Position numbers and translations under genes: made by a program
NCBI GenBank assembly: GCA_964016885.1
Contig: OZ024742.1
Span: 276,644,001 to 276,708,000, forward strand
DNA length: 64,000 nucleotides
Direction of reading: 5' to 3'
Source: Eledone cirrhosa
Lineage: Eukaryota
Part shown: piece after piece, positions 11,580 through 24,270 of the stretch
Layout: each line of letters begins with the position of its first letter
Position numbering within the stretch: position 1 is the first letter of the stretch
Notes under the pieces: generated by a model
Told to the model about the DNA's origin: nothing
The model's database searches: none
Seen by the model: only the letters and a program-made list of their open reading frames with translations

Positions 11580-13456
11580 TAATAACAATAACAATAATGA
11601 AATATTGTGTACAGTGCCCAGGTGCACCACAGCTCATCAAAAAAGTGCATGTACAGTACATAGGGCAATGCACAAACATCAGTAAAATGAACAGTGCACG
11701 AGTCATGATACACACGTGTGCATGTGTATGGAAGGGGTACATCAGGTGTAGTTTTGGCGTATTTCGGGAAGCATGAGTGTCTTAAAGGATGCAGTGTCTC
11801 GGCAGCTAACAATTGACGCAGGCAGTTTGTTCCATGCTTCAGCAACTCTGAGCGTGAAAAAATGTCTACGAAAGTCATGGGAGCTGTGCTGTTTTCTGAT
11901 CTTGTAGGCATGTCCACGTGTGTTAGACACATGGAGATCAAAGAGGCGCTCAGGGTTGCAATTGGCGAGATGGTTAAAAACTTTGTGGGTATTCACCAAG
12001 TCCATTGCCAGACGTCGGAGCTTCAATGAATCCATGCCCAGGGAAGCAAGGCGTTCAGAGTATGGTTGGTGTCTGATGGAGGGTATGCGCTTGGTTGCAC
12101 GTCTCTGAACAGTTTCCAGGAGGTCAATGTTCTGAGCAAGATAGGGGTTCCAGACTGATGATGCGAATTCCAAGTGTGGTCGTACCATAGCTGTATACAG
12201 TTTTAAATAGATGGCTGGAGAGCGGCTAACAAAGGTCTTGCTGAGTGATGCCAAGACACCCTCGGCCTTCTTGACAATCTTAGAGACATGCTTTGTCCAA
12301 CGCAAATCGTTGCTGACAGTAATGCCCAGGTCACGTTCACAAGAGGACTTTTTGATATCAGTGTTGTGGAGGGAGTATGTGGACGCTGGATTTTTCCTTC
12401 CAAAATGCATGGTGGTACACTTGTCCACAGCCAGCTTCAGTTGCCAGTCTGTGATCCATTGCTGCATTGTGTCCAGGTCTGATTGTAGGAAAGAGTTGTA
12501 AATTTCAGGATCAGTCCTTTTGATTTCAAGGTACAGCTTGATGTCATCTGCATATTTTAGTACCGTGGCATTCTGTAAGTTGGCATCTATGTCGTTAATA
12601 TATGCCACAAACAAAAGAGGACCAAGAACAGATCCCTGTGGTACACCAGATGACATCTCATATGGTGAAGAATGCTGTCCTAGAACCGTGACTACTTCTT
12701 TTCGGCTGAGAATGAAGGATTTCAACCAGTCGAAAAGATCATCCCTCACATTGCAGAGAGTTTTGCCATAAGTCTTTTGTGTGGCACAGAATTAAAAGCC
12801 TTAGCAAAGTCAAGGTAAACAACATCCACCCATGAGCCGTTGTCAGTGATCCGGGTGATGTCCTCAAGGAACTCGATAAGCTGATCACAGCAGCTGGAGT
12901 TAGGGATAAATCCAAACTGTGAGGGCCGGATGAGGCTGTGAGAGCTCCAGAAGTTCCAAAGTGTTTCTCTGACACAGGATTCCATCAGTTTGGCCATACA
13001 GCTAGTAAGACTAACTGGACGATAGTTGACAGGTGACATGCGGTTGCCCTTTTTGAACAGGGGAATGACACTGGCAGTTTTCCACTGCTCCGGAGTAGCA
13101 CCATTGTTGAGACAGTATTGAAAGAAGAAAGAAAGCTGGCACAAAAGGAAATACCTGCCACGTTTGAGAAGCAGGTATGTCACACCATCAAGACCAGGGG
13201 AGGCATAGTTGCGCTTATTCTTAAGGCGACGTCGCAACATTGCAGGTGTAAATTCCATAGTTGTTATGGAATTTGATGTTAGAGATGGTGGAGATGGTAC
13301 ATTCTGGTTTTCAACAGTAAAAATACTTGCATAGCACTCAGCAATGAGTTCTGCGCATTCCTTGGGATCGTCAGTGATCTGGCTTGTGTGGGGATTGCGA
13401 AGAGGACCAACTGGAGAGTGAGGTCTCTGCTTTGAATGAACATATTTCCAGAACAT
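11580..13456 (-). mobile_element. 5'-truncated CR1-clade LINE, ORF2 RT domain with one frameshift
   Basis: ORFs 12746..13456 and 11742..12749 (NYRPVSLTS, YLDFAKAF, GVPQGSVLGP, YADD, VRPHLEF, FTLRV..WNKLP); (ATT/GTT)n tail. Confidence 0.92.
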
Positions 13457-13654
13457 TTCTTAGAGCATTCTAAACCCCACTATCAGGCTAAAATGTCTTT
13501 AGTAAAAAAATATGGCAAAAGCTTCTATTTCTAATTTGAAATATAATTTAGTAAATCGTCTCTCAGTTTTGCTTATACCTTCCATTGTGTTTATACCTTT
13601 GCTTCCCTTTTAATACATTCTGTCATCAAATGACCTTTGTTTTCTGTTTAAAAG

Positions 13655-13871
13655 ATGCACTTCAAGAAGCAGAGCTGGCCAAGAAACGCCGTGACTGGGC
13701 TTTTGGGGAACGCAACAAGATTGTTCAAGAACGCGAGAGTATAAAGAATTTATGTGATAGTCTCCGCCGTGACCGTGATCGTGCTGTTAGTGACCTGGCA
13801 CAAGCACTGCGGGATTCAGATGAACTTAAAAAGCAAAAGAATGATGCTCATCGACAACTCAAAGAGCTAAA
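13655..13871 (+). CDS. DLG5: DLG5 exon, coiled-coil (DALQEAELAKKRRDWAFGERNKIV...)
   Basis: Acceptor taaaAG, donor AA|GTAAGC; phase 1-2. Confidence 0.92.
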
Positions 13872-14090
13872 GTAAGCTTTGTTTTCCTTTATGTACCTCT
13901 TTAAAATGGCTGTTCATTTCGGTTGAGATCTATTCATGGAATAGGAAAAAAAGAATGTTTTTCTTCCATAAGTGGGTGTGAGTGTATATATATATATGTA
14001 TAGCTGCCTAATTTTGTGTGAGTTTATATGAGGTAGAGCAGCCTTCCTATATTGAATGTTATTGCTTTTGGGTAGGTATTTGTAGGTATG

Positions 14091-14430
14091 CATCATCATC
14101 ATTTCATTTTACGTCCGCTTTTCCCTGCTTGCAAGGGTGGGACGGGAACTGATTCTGGCTTGATTTCTACAGCTGGATGCTCTTCCTAACACCAACCTCA
14201 TTTACAGTGAGTGCTGGGTGCTTTTTTGCCGTGGCACCTCCACGACCACTTTGCAGTGGAATGATAGGGACCCCTGTCCCTATCATCTCATTTCTACAGC
14301 TGAGTAAACTAGAGCAATGTGAAATAAAGTGTCTTGCTCAAGGAAACAACACATCACCCGGTCTGAGAATTGAACTCACAACCTTTCGATTGCAAGGCCA
14401 ATGCTCTAACCACTAAGCCATGCACCTCCA
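14091..14430 (-). mobile_element. SINE family 1 copy
   Basis: Reverse complement of 40560-40897; partial copies also at ~8582-8685 and ~21748-21880. Confidence 0.85.
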
Positions 14431-15171
14431 TGTGCATCTCTATCTATATTCATATGTATGCTTATTCTTATATTTCTATTTTAATGTGTATACCTGTACA
14501 TGCATACACAGTGGCTACTCTCAGGTCTTGAATAATCGTTCCTTCCCCAGCTTATTAAATTTTCCGTCAAAATTTATTGTAAATGATTCATATTGATACA
14601 GTAGCTGGAGAGAATCTAATAATAATTTTATTTCACATAAAAAAAAACATATATGACAAAAAGAACATTACAAGAAATCACGTATTTACAAACATACACT
14701 ATACAATTACCACCCCTTCCCCCTGCTTATGCGAATTTAAGCAAATGTCAAACCCCTCCCATTTGGGACTCGAGAGTATGTGAAAATTTACACAAACATG
14801 TATATATATGAGCAATTATGTTTTGAGAGATTTTTTTTCTGATAACATAATTGTTGTTGAAGATAATTTAATAGAGAAAAAACACCTAAAGATAGTAATT
14901 TCAGGACACAAATGAAGATTTATGAATAATGCTAAAGCTTGTCGTACATGTATGAGGATAGATAAATATTAGGTTTGTTTGTCTGTAACTCTAATATTTA
15001 GCAATGTTTTGTTGAAGCCAGTGACTGTTTTCAATGGATGTTTATCAGGCAAGAACATAATTCTAATTTGTGTGTGCGTGTGTGTGCGTGCGCGTGCGCT
15101 GTTATCAATTAAAATTCGAGTTGATTTAATTTTAATATTGATATCTTTAATGTAATTTCATTTTATTTTAG

Positions 15172-15307
15172 GGAGAAACATGTTGCCTTCTTAGAGAAAG
15201 AAACACGAAAGTATCAACTGAATTCTGTTGGGCACAACCATAGCCGTGATTCTGCCATTGATGCTGATATGTTAGAATGGGAAACAGAAACACTAGAAAT
15301 AGATATT
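15172..15307 (+). CDS. DLG5: DLG5 exon (HNHSRDSAIDADMLEWETETLEIDI)
   Basis: Acceptor ttttAG, donor GTAAGT; phase 2-0; conserved DLG5 motif before PDZ1. Confidence 0.92.
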
Positions 15308-15829
15308 GTAAGTGAAATAATCACATCTCTTTAATTCATTTTGAAAAACTTATATTCTTTTGAAGTGATATTAGCTGGCTTTAGAATGTATATAAAGTTG
15401 TAATAAACTAAAGAAGATATGAAATATAGTAGAAGCAAATCCTTAGAAAAAAAGAAAAGTTTTTCCACAAGATGATAACATGATTGTACATAGAAAAATG
15501 CTATTTTTATACATATTTATATTCCCTAATGAATTGCAAAAATGAAACTGAATAATAACAAAACTCACATCACTCACTCATTTCTATCCCCTCAATTTAA
15601 GAGACCTATGGGTAATATTCTTCCTCAAACATATAAATAAAAGTAAACTTATTAATACCATACACACAAAAAAAATCGTTGGCAGCAGTTCTTCCGTGCG
15701 TATTTTTTTTCTTCTTTTCAATTCCCCCATTCATGACAATGCCTCTGGTTGCTGACAAAGTCAAGTTTTGCAAAGAAACATTGTCCACACAGGTCACAGC
15801 TGATGGTCGATGAAGGTCTTGGTTGGTGA

Positions 15830-16533
15830 TAGTGATGTTTTCATAGCAGACTTTTATCCTCCTCTGTTCTCCCATGATTTTCCTCAAAATGTTCTGTGCT
15901 GATCTTGATAAGATGACACCATTCTGTTCTGTTTTCTGAATGTTGTTCTCAGGCCTTAGGGTTCATGTTGGTACTTTTCATCATCTGTTTCAGTTGGTTT
16001 TTGTAGCATTACATGGGGTGGCTGCATGATCTCCTGCCTGTGCTGAGTTCACTAGATAGGATTTGATGTTGCAGTCTGGTGCTATTCATGTGACTGACAT
16101 GACCTGTCCATCTGAGACAATGTTTGAGGATGATACACTTAATCCTGTTGACATTGGCCTATTAAAGGACTTCAAGCTTGCTGGCATAATCCTTCTATTT
16201 GTTGCTCATGATTAATCAAAGTTTCTGTCGATGAAATCATTCCAGTTTTTTAATATCCTGGCAGTACGAAGTCTACATTTCCCAACCATAGAGTAATATG
16301 GAAACAACCATGGCTCAATACAACATGAGCTTAGTTTATAGTTTCAGGTTTTTGTTTCCAAAGACATGATGAAATTTCAGATTTCAGCAACCATCGCCAA
16401 TGCACCACTGGAACAAGTAGACCAGTTACAATACCTCGGAAGCATCCTCTCCACATAATGTAAATCCAAGAAAGATTTTGAGAACAGTATCCAAGCTGGC
16501 CATGTTGCATTTAGAAAACTCTTCCATCATGTC
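15830..16533. mobile_element. Decayed RTE (BovB-like) LINE fragment with inverted 5' segment
   Basis: Minus 16374-15830 reads FHHVFGNKNLK...LLYG.E...LRWTGHV. Plus 16381-16533 reads LEQVDQLQYLGS...AFRKLFHHV. Confidence 0.75.
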
Positions 16534-16748
16534 ACAGAAAAAAATATACTTAATTCATTCCAAGAACCATAGTTTTGTAAAGCCGATACTGTTATAGTAT
16601 TATATGAATGAAAGTCAACTGTCTTGTTCTCTCTAGATAGAATGCTAATATGTCACAAATTTCCCAATAAAGCCTGGTATGTATCCTTCATCAGAAACTT
16701 ATTAAAAACTGCTACATGGTTGCCAAATTTCAAATCACACCCTACTAT

Positions 16749-16973
16749 TTTAACCCTTTAAATATCAACCTGTCTGAAACTGCCCCTGATTCTACGATAC
16801 AAAACTGCCCATTTTAAATTTATATTAAAGTTTTCCAACATAATTTTATCTCAAAACTTTTTGTTATCTTCTAAACATCAGGTTACTAAATAAAATTCTT
16901 GATTATTTTCAAAATTAAATAAAACACACGGACAGTGTATTTCATTAGAAACATGGTAACAAAAGGATTTTAA
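16749..16973. mobile_element. Older TTAA/CCC...GGG MITE (family B)
   Basis: TTAACCCTTT...AAAGGATTTTAA; related copies at ~44672-44878 and around both long RTE insertions. Confidence 0.6.
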
Positions 16974-17469
16974 AAAGCATTTGACGGTGTCATCTAAGTC
17001 AAGTCTGACATAGGGCTGCAGACTAAAATCTTGCTGCAAATAAGTGTCACTCCCATTTTATGGTTATGGGCTTAGTATTAAGAAAAAAAATGCAATTTAT
17101 ATGCAAAAATACCTCATTCATATTAAGCTGTGTAGCATGTAACATTATTGAAGTAGATGGCAAGAAATTAAAATTGACTGAGGCCAAACAATGAACATAT
17201 TCTCGTTTTAAAATAGTTAATCTCTTCCACAAGAAAAAATAGAAATGAAACGTTGAGGTCCATATTTAGAAATAGTAGTGAAAATTAGATTTATTAAACT
17301 AGTAATGTCCTTTTTTATGTTTCTCTTTACATTTTAATCAGTGAATTCTCCAGTTCACATCAGCAGTTTATATATAGACACATATACACACACCCGATTT
17401 CAAAACCAATAGGGGAGCTTATACATGACTGCTCAGTCTGGTAGAAATAGCTGACAAATCTCCTTTTAA

Positions 17470-17690
17470 CCCTTTAGCATTTACATTACTCTATATATAC
17501 TATTATATTTTCACGTTAAAGGCTTTACCTTACATAATTATCTCACATAATATTGAATCTATGAGACTTTGATAATATTTATTTTGAGAGCAACACCTTA
17601 ACATCAGTATGAGCGGTTGGTTACAGTTGGTTTGAACAGAAAGAGGTGAGAAAATTCTGACCGGATATGCCCGATTTAAATGCTAAAGGG
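17470..17690. mobile_element. piggyBac-type MITE (family A)
   Basis: TTAA on both sides; perfect 14-bp TIR CCCTTTAGCATTTA/TAAATGCTAAAGGG. Confidence 0.9.
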
Positions 17691-18076
17691 TTAAACCACA
17701 TTTTACCATCTTAAAAAAATAATTGCACATTGGAAAATGTTGTCTGGAGTGCAAAATTCCTAGTGAAAAAAAGGTGAGATAGTCATGTATTGTATTCTTT
17801 TCATTATAGGTCTGTTCAATCAGTGTCAACTTGGGATTACACAGTAACAAAACATTCTTCAGCTAGAATTTAACCCATATGCCTTTATTTCTAAATTATG
17901 TTTAACATTTTCTTATCCTCTGAAACCAACATAAAATGTGACATGCTGAGAGAGGAAACTACATTATTGAAAGTTGTGTAGCTATAAATACAAAAGATGA
18001 GATTAAGTACATTCACATGTGGACTTAATAACTTTTAAAGCTTTTTTTTTATTTTTCCCCATTTTATTTGATATAG

Positions 18077-18204
18077 AATGGTCAGGATAGTAGCAACCTT
18101 GGTTTTGAGTTGGTTGGTGGTATTGATGATCCCCAGTTTCCACAGGATACATCAATATTTATTGGTCATGTCAACAAAGGAAGTCCAGCAGACCGAAAAT
18201 TGAA
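18077..18204 (+). CDS. DLG5: DLG5 exon, PDZ1 N-half (LGFELVGG...IFIGHVNKGSPA)
   Basis: Acceptor atatAG, donor AA|GTCAGT; phase 0-2; GLGF-like loop. Confidence 0.9.
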
Positions 18205-18502
18205 GTCAGTTACTTTTTTTTTTTTTGTTAAATACTTATTTCATTGATTTTAGTCTTTCCACTCCCTTTAGAGCTTTGCTTAAAATATATTTGTGATTAT
18301 TAATTGTAGACGTATTGTAGCTGGATGATTGAGGTATTTGAATATCGATTAGTTAATGGTAATGTTTGGTCTTTACTCTAGTTGTTTTGTCTGTGCTCTT
18401 CATGCAAAATTCTTAAGTCCATTTGAAATTGTGTTGCTTTTGCATCATTTTAATACTATTAGCATTGAAAAGTGTATGTATATAGAGAAGAGTTCTGACT
18501 AT

Positions 18503-20083
18503 TGTATCATGGTGTTTCAATTTAATATTTTATAAAGTATGTTCCTTTGATTGTGCCTTAAAAAAAGATAATTAAGATGGTGAAATATAGTAACATTTCA
18601 AATCTGTCTGCTTTGGTAGCCACAATCAAATGGTTTCATAACATAGAATGAAAGGTCCAAACAGTGAAAACCACTGGAAAAAGAAACCTTATAAACAAAC
18701 TGAATCTTACACCAGAGTTAGCTATTGAAAGCATAAAGCCATGAAGTTATGATAAAACAGTACACATTACAATGATGCCAGTGAAAGAAAAACAGATTCA
18801 TGTCATGAAGTAACAATGAAAAATACTAGATAGTGTGGAAGATGTGAAAAAGCTCACAGAAAAAGAAAAGAAGATTGTTACACATTTAACAGAAAATGCA
18901 GAAAATACCAGACTACACCATTTAAAAAACGTTTGCCTTATAAAAGCAACCACGTACCAAAACAGAAACCCCAGTCTGCATAGGTCCATAAAACAAAGTC
19001 AATACAAGACCAGAAAACAACACAGAAAACAAAATAAAGAGAAGAAAAATGTGAATACCACTTACAAATCAGAATATGATTCAGACCAAGAAGACTTGTA
19101 TCTATACACTGTACAAAAGAAAGAAGACAAAAGTCTTAATAATAGTAGCAGTAAAGCAATATTTGCTATCATAGATTGTAGAGACTCCTATAAAAGAAAG
19201 TATAATAAATATGAAAATAAACACCTGGACCAATGGAAATATTCTGCCATTCAGGTTATATAAACAGATGTAGCCTCAAAATATTGATAAACATTCTGGC
19301 AAACCAGTAAGTATCAAAAAGGAACAAATGGCACCCAGATACCACAATATGGTTTGGTGGTCCTCAGGATTAGACACAAAAATTCTGACACCATACAAGC
19401 CAATATTTTGTGTAACAATGGTATTACCATATTAGGTCTAAGAACTTGTATAAAGTTGGGCATGGTGCAAATCAACTGAAGTATTTCATCACCAGCAGAA
19501 GTCCTGTTCAATAGAAAAATAAGAACAAGAATTCCAACTATGTTGAACACTGACACCCAAAAAACAATCAAATTCGAGAAAGAATGAACATTAAGTCAGA
19601 AACAACAGCAGTACTGTAACAGAAATGCAAAAGTCCTTCACGAATTAGTTATAGGCAGCAAAGTACCTGTCCTTCAAGAAAATAATGCATGGTAACCAGC
19701 AACAGTCATGAACAAATGCACAGAAATGGAAGACTGCTCAGACACAACAGGCAATACCTGATTTACCTGAGTTATACGGTCCACAGAAATGGGTCACCTT
19801 CATTTTACCAGCTCATTAGATCAGAGACAGTGATCCATCAACATTGGCTTACAAAGGTGCTGGCCACCGCAGTGAACGTCAGAGCTCCAGCTGTGCCACC
19901 CTGCGAGAATAAGAAAGCCCCAAGACTAATCTATAATATCTAACTTCTCAATTGATAAGAGGAATGTAACATGATGTTTCGATTTAATATTTTATGAATT
20001 ATGTCCCTTTGATTGTGCCTATTAAGATTGCGAAATAAAGTATCATGTTTAAAATTTTCCTGCTTCATTTTTGTAAAATAACA
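18503..20083 (+). mobile_element. Degenerate, internally deleted LTR retrotransposon relic
   Basis: Diverged direct repeats 18503-18643 and 19965-20083 (TGTA...TAACA). Purine-rich GATAAGAGGAA precedes the 3' repeat. Remnants of gag-like and integrase C-terminal sequence (W*PATV, GRLLRHNRQYL) carry stops. Confidence 0.65.
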
Positions 20084-20119
20084 CCTAGCAGAAATGCATA
20101 CACTAAGACCTTCCAACCT

Positions 20120-21180
20120 ACCATCATTTTTTTCATACTTGCATGGGTTAGACAAGTCTTTTTCAATATCCTTTCCTTTGTGAGATTCAGTAACCTGAGA
20201 TCAGCTTTTACCACCTCTGCCCACATCTTTCTTGATCTTCCTCTACTGGAGTTTCTTTCCACATAAAAATCTTGGAACTTCTTTGTTCAACAATCATCAT
20301 CCATGCACATTACATGCCTATACTAATGCAATCTTCTCTCCTGCATTCCACATAAGATCCCTCTTATATCCAGTTTTTCTTTCAATTCATCTGTGCTTCA
20401 TCATTCATTACACATTTAACAGAGTGTGTTTAATTCATTTCTTTCTAACTTGTACATGTCCTCCATATTTAGTGCCTGTTTCTCACTACCAAGCAGTATT
20501 GCATAGTATATGCAGGCATTATACAATGTGCCAACAAATAGTTGAACTTTTCCCACCATATTCTTGTTTTAGTTACTATGCTTTCAGAGCAACAACCACC
20601 ACTGTTAATTAGGTTATTTAGGTAACAGAAGCTATATCAAATACTTCTATGAAACTTTTCCTGGATTGGAAAAAGTTTATTTCACTAATGCTTTTTCTAC
20701 TAACTATTCCTGTGCATCTGCTACATACAAAGTCTATCTTCTTTGTTAACCTGCCAGCAATCTCATTACACCTATTGTGTACCCATATCTTATATTGAGT
20801 ACGCTATATGGAATTCTTATCTACTCCTTTTCTGCTTATCACACATCACCATTTCCTTGGTGGGAACAAAGTCTTCTCTCTTAATAAAACTTTAGTCTTT
20901 GCTATGTTTACTCTGAGTCCTTTTGATTCTATATTTTGTTTCCACATCTGGAATGTTTTCTTGTGATCTTCGACATATTCAACTATAAGAACTAGGTCAT
21001 CAGCATAAAGTAGCTCCCATGAATAACCAGTTTAAAACTCCTCTGTAATGACCTGGAGAACTATAATAAAAAGGAGAAGGCTTAGGACCAAGTCATGCCT
21101 ATACTTGCACACTTGATTCTTCACTTAACTAATTACCAACTCTCACTTTAATGACAGCATTTTTGTACATGGCATGCGCT
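20120..21180 (-). pseudogene. Old, heavily mutated RTE RT/C-terminal fragment
   Basis: Minus-strand remnants LLYADDLV, GLRVNIAKTKV, GRSRKMWAEVVKADL; (GAT)-type tail remnant at left. Confidence 0.7.
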
Positions 21181-21914
21181 AGTATCACATGTCATTCACC
21201 CTATAAGGTGGTTGGTGTTAGGAAGAGCATCCAGCTATAGAAACTATGCTAAAGTGTAAGTAATATGAAGTCTGACCTATCTATCTAGTCTTGGGCCATG
21301 ACAACTCATTCATCTCATCCCAGCATGGAAAAAGGGTGTAAAATGATGATATATATATGTGTGTGTGTGTGTGTGTCAATTATTGCCATCATCATTTCAA
21401 TCATTATCATTTTTATGTTCTATTTTTCATGCTGGTATGGGTTGAGTGGTACTTGTTGAGATAGAGGTAATGTTTTACAACTGAATGCCCGTCCTGACAC
21501 CAACCCTTTTAGTCACCTCTTACAACACACAGTGTACCTCTTCTAAACCAGATACATATGTATAGGCTCAGTTCTATTCTATTTTGTCTCCCACCAAACA
21601 TTAGTTTATTAGTGACAGTTAGAATATAATATTTTATAATCTGCATATGCAAAACTTTAGAATTATAAGGCATTTTTGAAAAATGTTAAATAAATTAGCA
21701 TTCTAATTTAAAATTCAATTGTCTCCACCTGGATATTAAGAATCATTCATCATTTCATTTCATTTTACGTCCGCTTTTTCCCTGCTTGCAAGGGTGGGAC
21801 GGGAACTGATTCTGGCTTGATTTCTACAGCTGGATGCCCTTCCTAACACCAACCTCATTTACAGTGAGTGCTGGGTGCTTTTTTTTTGAATGAAATATAT
21901 AATCATTACCTTGA

Positions 21915-22123
21915 CCCTTTAGCATTTGAACTGGCCACATCCGGCCAGAATTCTCTCATCGCTTTCTGTTGGAACCAGCTGCTCATACTTATGTTAAAGT
22001 ATTGTTCTCAAAAGAAATAATATCATAGATATAAATTCGATATTATGTGAGATAATTATGAGGGATTCAGCCTTTACCATGAAAATATAATAGTATATAT
22101 AGAGTAATGTAAATTCTAAAGGG
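21915..22123. mobile_element. piggyBac-type MITE (family A), opposite orientation
   Basis: CCCTTTAGCATTT...AAATTCTAAAGGG-TTAA; internal sequence is the reverse complement of the other copies. A partial copy is also present at ~8425-8583. Confidence 0.85.
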
Positions 22124-23070
22124 TTAATATCTTATAATGCTACTTACATATTTCTACCGTTATTGCTAGAAATATGTGTAGTATAATTTGACACCAGTTT
22201 TTCTATTTAGTTTAATTTATCATGTTAAAACTTTCTATAATTTTACATGATAGATGTAAAATTAGAATTTACCTGAAGTTCTATGACAGATATATATGAA
22301 TCATTGCTGTAAATTCTTTGAATCCTGCCTATTTTGCATGATGTAAGAGGCTTAACAGCTTGACACCCAAATCAAAAGTAACTCTTGTATATACATCTTG
22401 TACAATTTAAAAAAACTTTTTGTTATGAGTCTTACATGTGTGTCTGTATAGACACCTACACAATAAGTTATAGTGTTGAACTTGTTTAGGTACTAAAAAA
22501 AAATTCAGATATCATCGAAAGTCAGACAACGGAATTAACACGTGTAAAGATTACGAAGGAAAAAAGAAGGTGAAAGATTATTAGAAATGCAACAGATGTC
22601 TTGACAGTCTGCTGCCATCTGACTGATTACAGATTTATCTTTCTTTTTCTTTTTTTTTCTGTTATCTTCGACATAAAGACTGCCTAGTTTCAATTGGGAT
22701 GTATTATCTCTTTTGTGAGCAGTAGCTGTTGAAATAGTGGCAGAACTGACCTTCATGTCACTACATTAATGCCATTGTACTGTGGCACTATACACTAATT
22801 ACATCATGGAAGAAAACATTTTACATTTAACAACACACATCTTTCTTAATCTATAGAAAACTAGGCATTTTGACCAAAACCTATCAACCTGAAAATAATG
22901 GAATAAGAAATATTGTTTTAATGCTTATAGAATTTGTAACCCCTTTCAGGATGGCAAAGTCAAGTATGTTTGATGTTGAGCTTCTGGTGGGTCCTATTGT
23001 TTTGGTAAAAATGCATGATAGTCTAGTTCACAACAAAAGTAAGTAAAATATTGTGGGGAAAAATATACAC

Positions 23071-23577
23071 ATTGACCTCCTGAAAACTGTTCAGAGACGT
23101 GCAACCAAACGAATACCCTCCATCAGGCATCTACCATACTCTGAACGCCTTGCTTCTCTGGACATGGATACATTGAAGCTCCGATGTCTGGCAACTGGAT
23201 AAACACCCACAACAACCCTGAGCACCTTTTTGAATTCCATGTGTCTAACACCTGTGGGCATACCTACAAAGTCAGAAAACAGCACAGATCCCATGACTTT
23301 CGGAACATTTTTCCACGCTCAGAGTTGCTGAAGCATGGAACAAACTACCTGCATCAGTTGTTAGCTGTCGAGAAACTGCATCCTTTAAAACCTCCATGCT
23401 TCCTGAAATTCGCCAACACTACACCTGATACACCTCCATACACACACACATGTATATCATGACTCATACACTGTTCACTTTCCTGACATTTGTACATTAT
23501 TCTATGTACTATACATGCACCTTTGATGAGTTGTAGTGCACCTGAGCACTGTACACAGTAATTTCATTATTATTATA
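23071..23577 (+). mobile_element. CR1 3' fragment
   Basis: Similar to reverse complement of 11580-12125; ends tttcattattatt. Confidence 0.88.
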
Positions 23578-23917
23578 AAGTTCATGATTTCTCTTCAAAA
23601 GTTAATGAAAAATCTAAGCAGAGAAAAATATTTACGATAGTATTCAGCTGTGTTGTCACATTAATATGTAAGCATTTATATTCAGTCTGTATATGTATGT
23701 GATGTCATGTGTATGTTTATGAAATACAGTTGTGTCTCTCTGTCAGTGTGTGTGTGTTATTTTCACATGATATTATAAATATTATGAGTGACTTATTCAT
23801 AGAATGTATAATGTAAGCAAGCATTTCTAGGTTTGTAATCTTTCTGTTTATCTCTAAAACTGTATTATCTCATATAAAGAAATGTGTTTTTCTCTTTTTT
23901 TTTTCTTTCTTTTGTAG

Positions 23918-24020
23918 AGTGAATGATATTGTTGTTCAGGTCAATAATATTGATGTCACCAATGTAGAACGAAAAGTTGCACTAGATGCCATTGTGAATA
24001 CTGTTGGCATTATTAAAATG
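23918..24020 (+). CDS. DLG5: DLG5 exon, PDZ1 C-half (VNDIVVQVNNIDV...)
   Basis: Long polypyrimidine tract plus AG, donor ATG|GTACAC; phase 2-0. Confidence 0.9.
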
Positions 24021-24270
24021 GTACACAATTTATTTTATCTGTTTATTTTATTTTACAGTTATTTTTCTATACTAGTAGTGATAATATAGTTTTGTTATTG
24101 GAGTAATTATTTATTGTAATAGGTACTTTTCCTGCTACTAACCACTCAACTTTTAAGCATGTGGTTAGTCTGTTCAGTAGTTAAAGATTTTTAACCTATT
24201 TGATACCAAACCAGTCCTGTTTCTATGAAACAAAATCAGCCATTTTAAACGGTTCCTTTTTAAATTAAAA

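Noticed and set aside
12739-12760. CR1 ORF overlap (ATGTGA) as a programmed stop-start or frameshift
   Set aside because: It falls in the middle of the RT domain, which is continuous in functional LINEs; best explained as a small inactivating deletion.
18835-19263. 142-aa ORF as a nested host gene
   Set aside because: Lies within the LTR relic, low-complexity Lys-rich, neighbouring frames are broken.
22509-22760. Non-repetitive stretch with AG...GT that might be a cassette or alternative first exon
   Set aside because: The 61-nt candidate would shift frame within PDZ1, the acceptor lacks a pyrimidine tract, and there is no other support.
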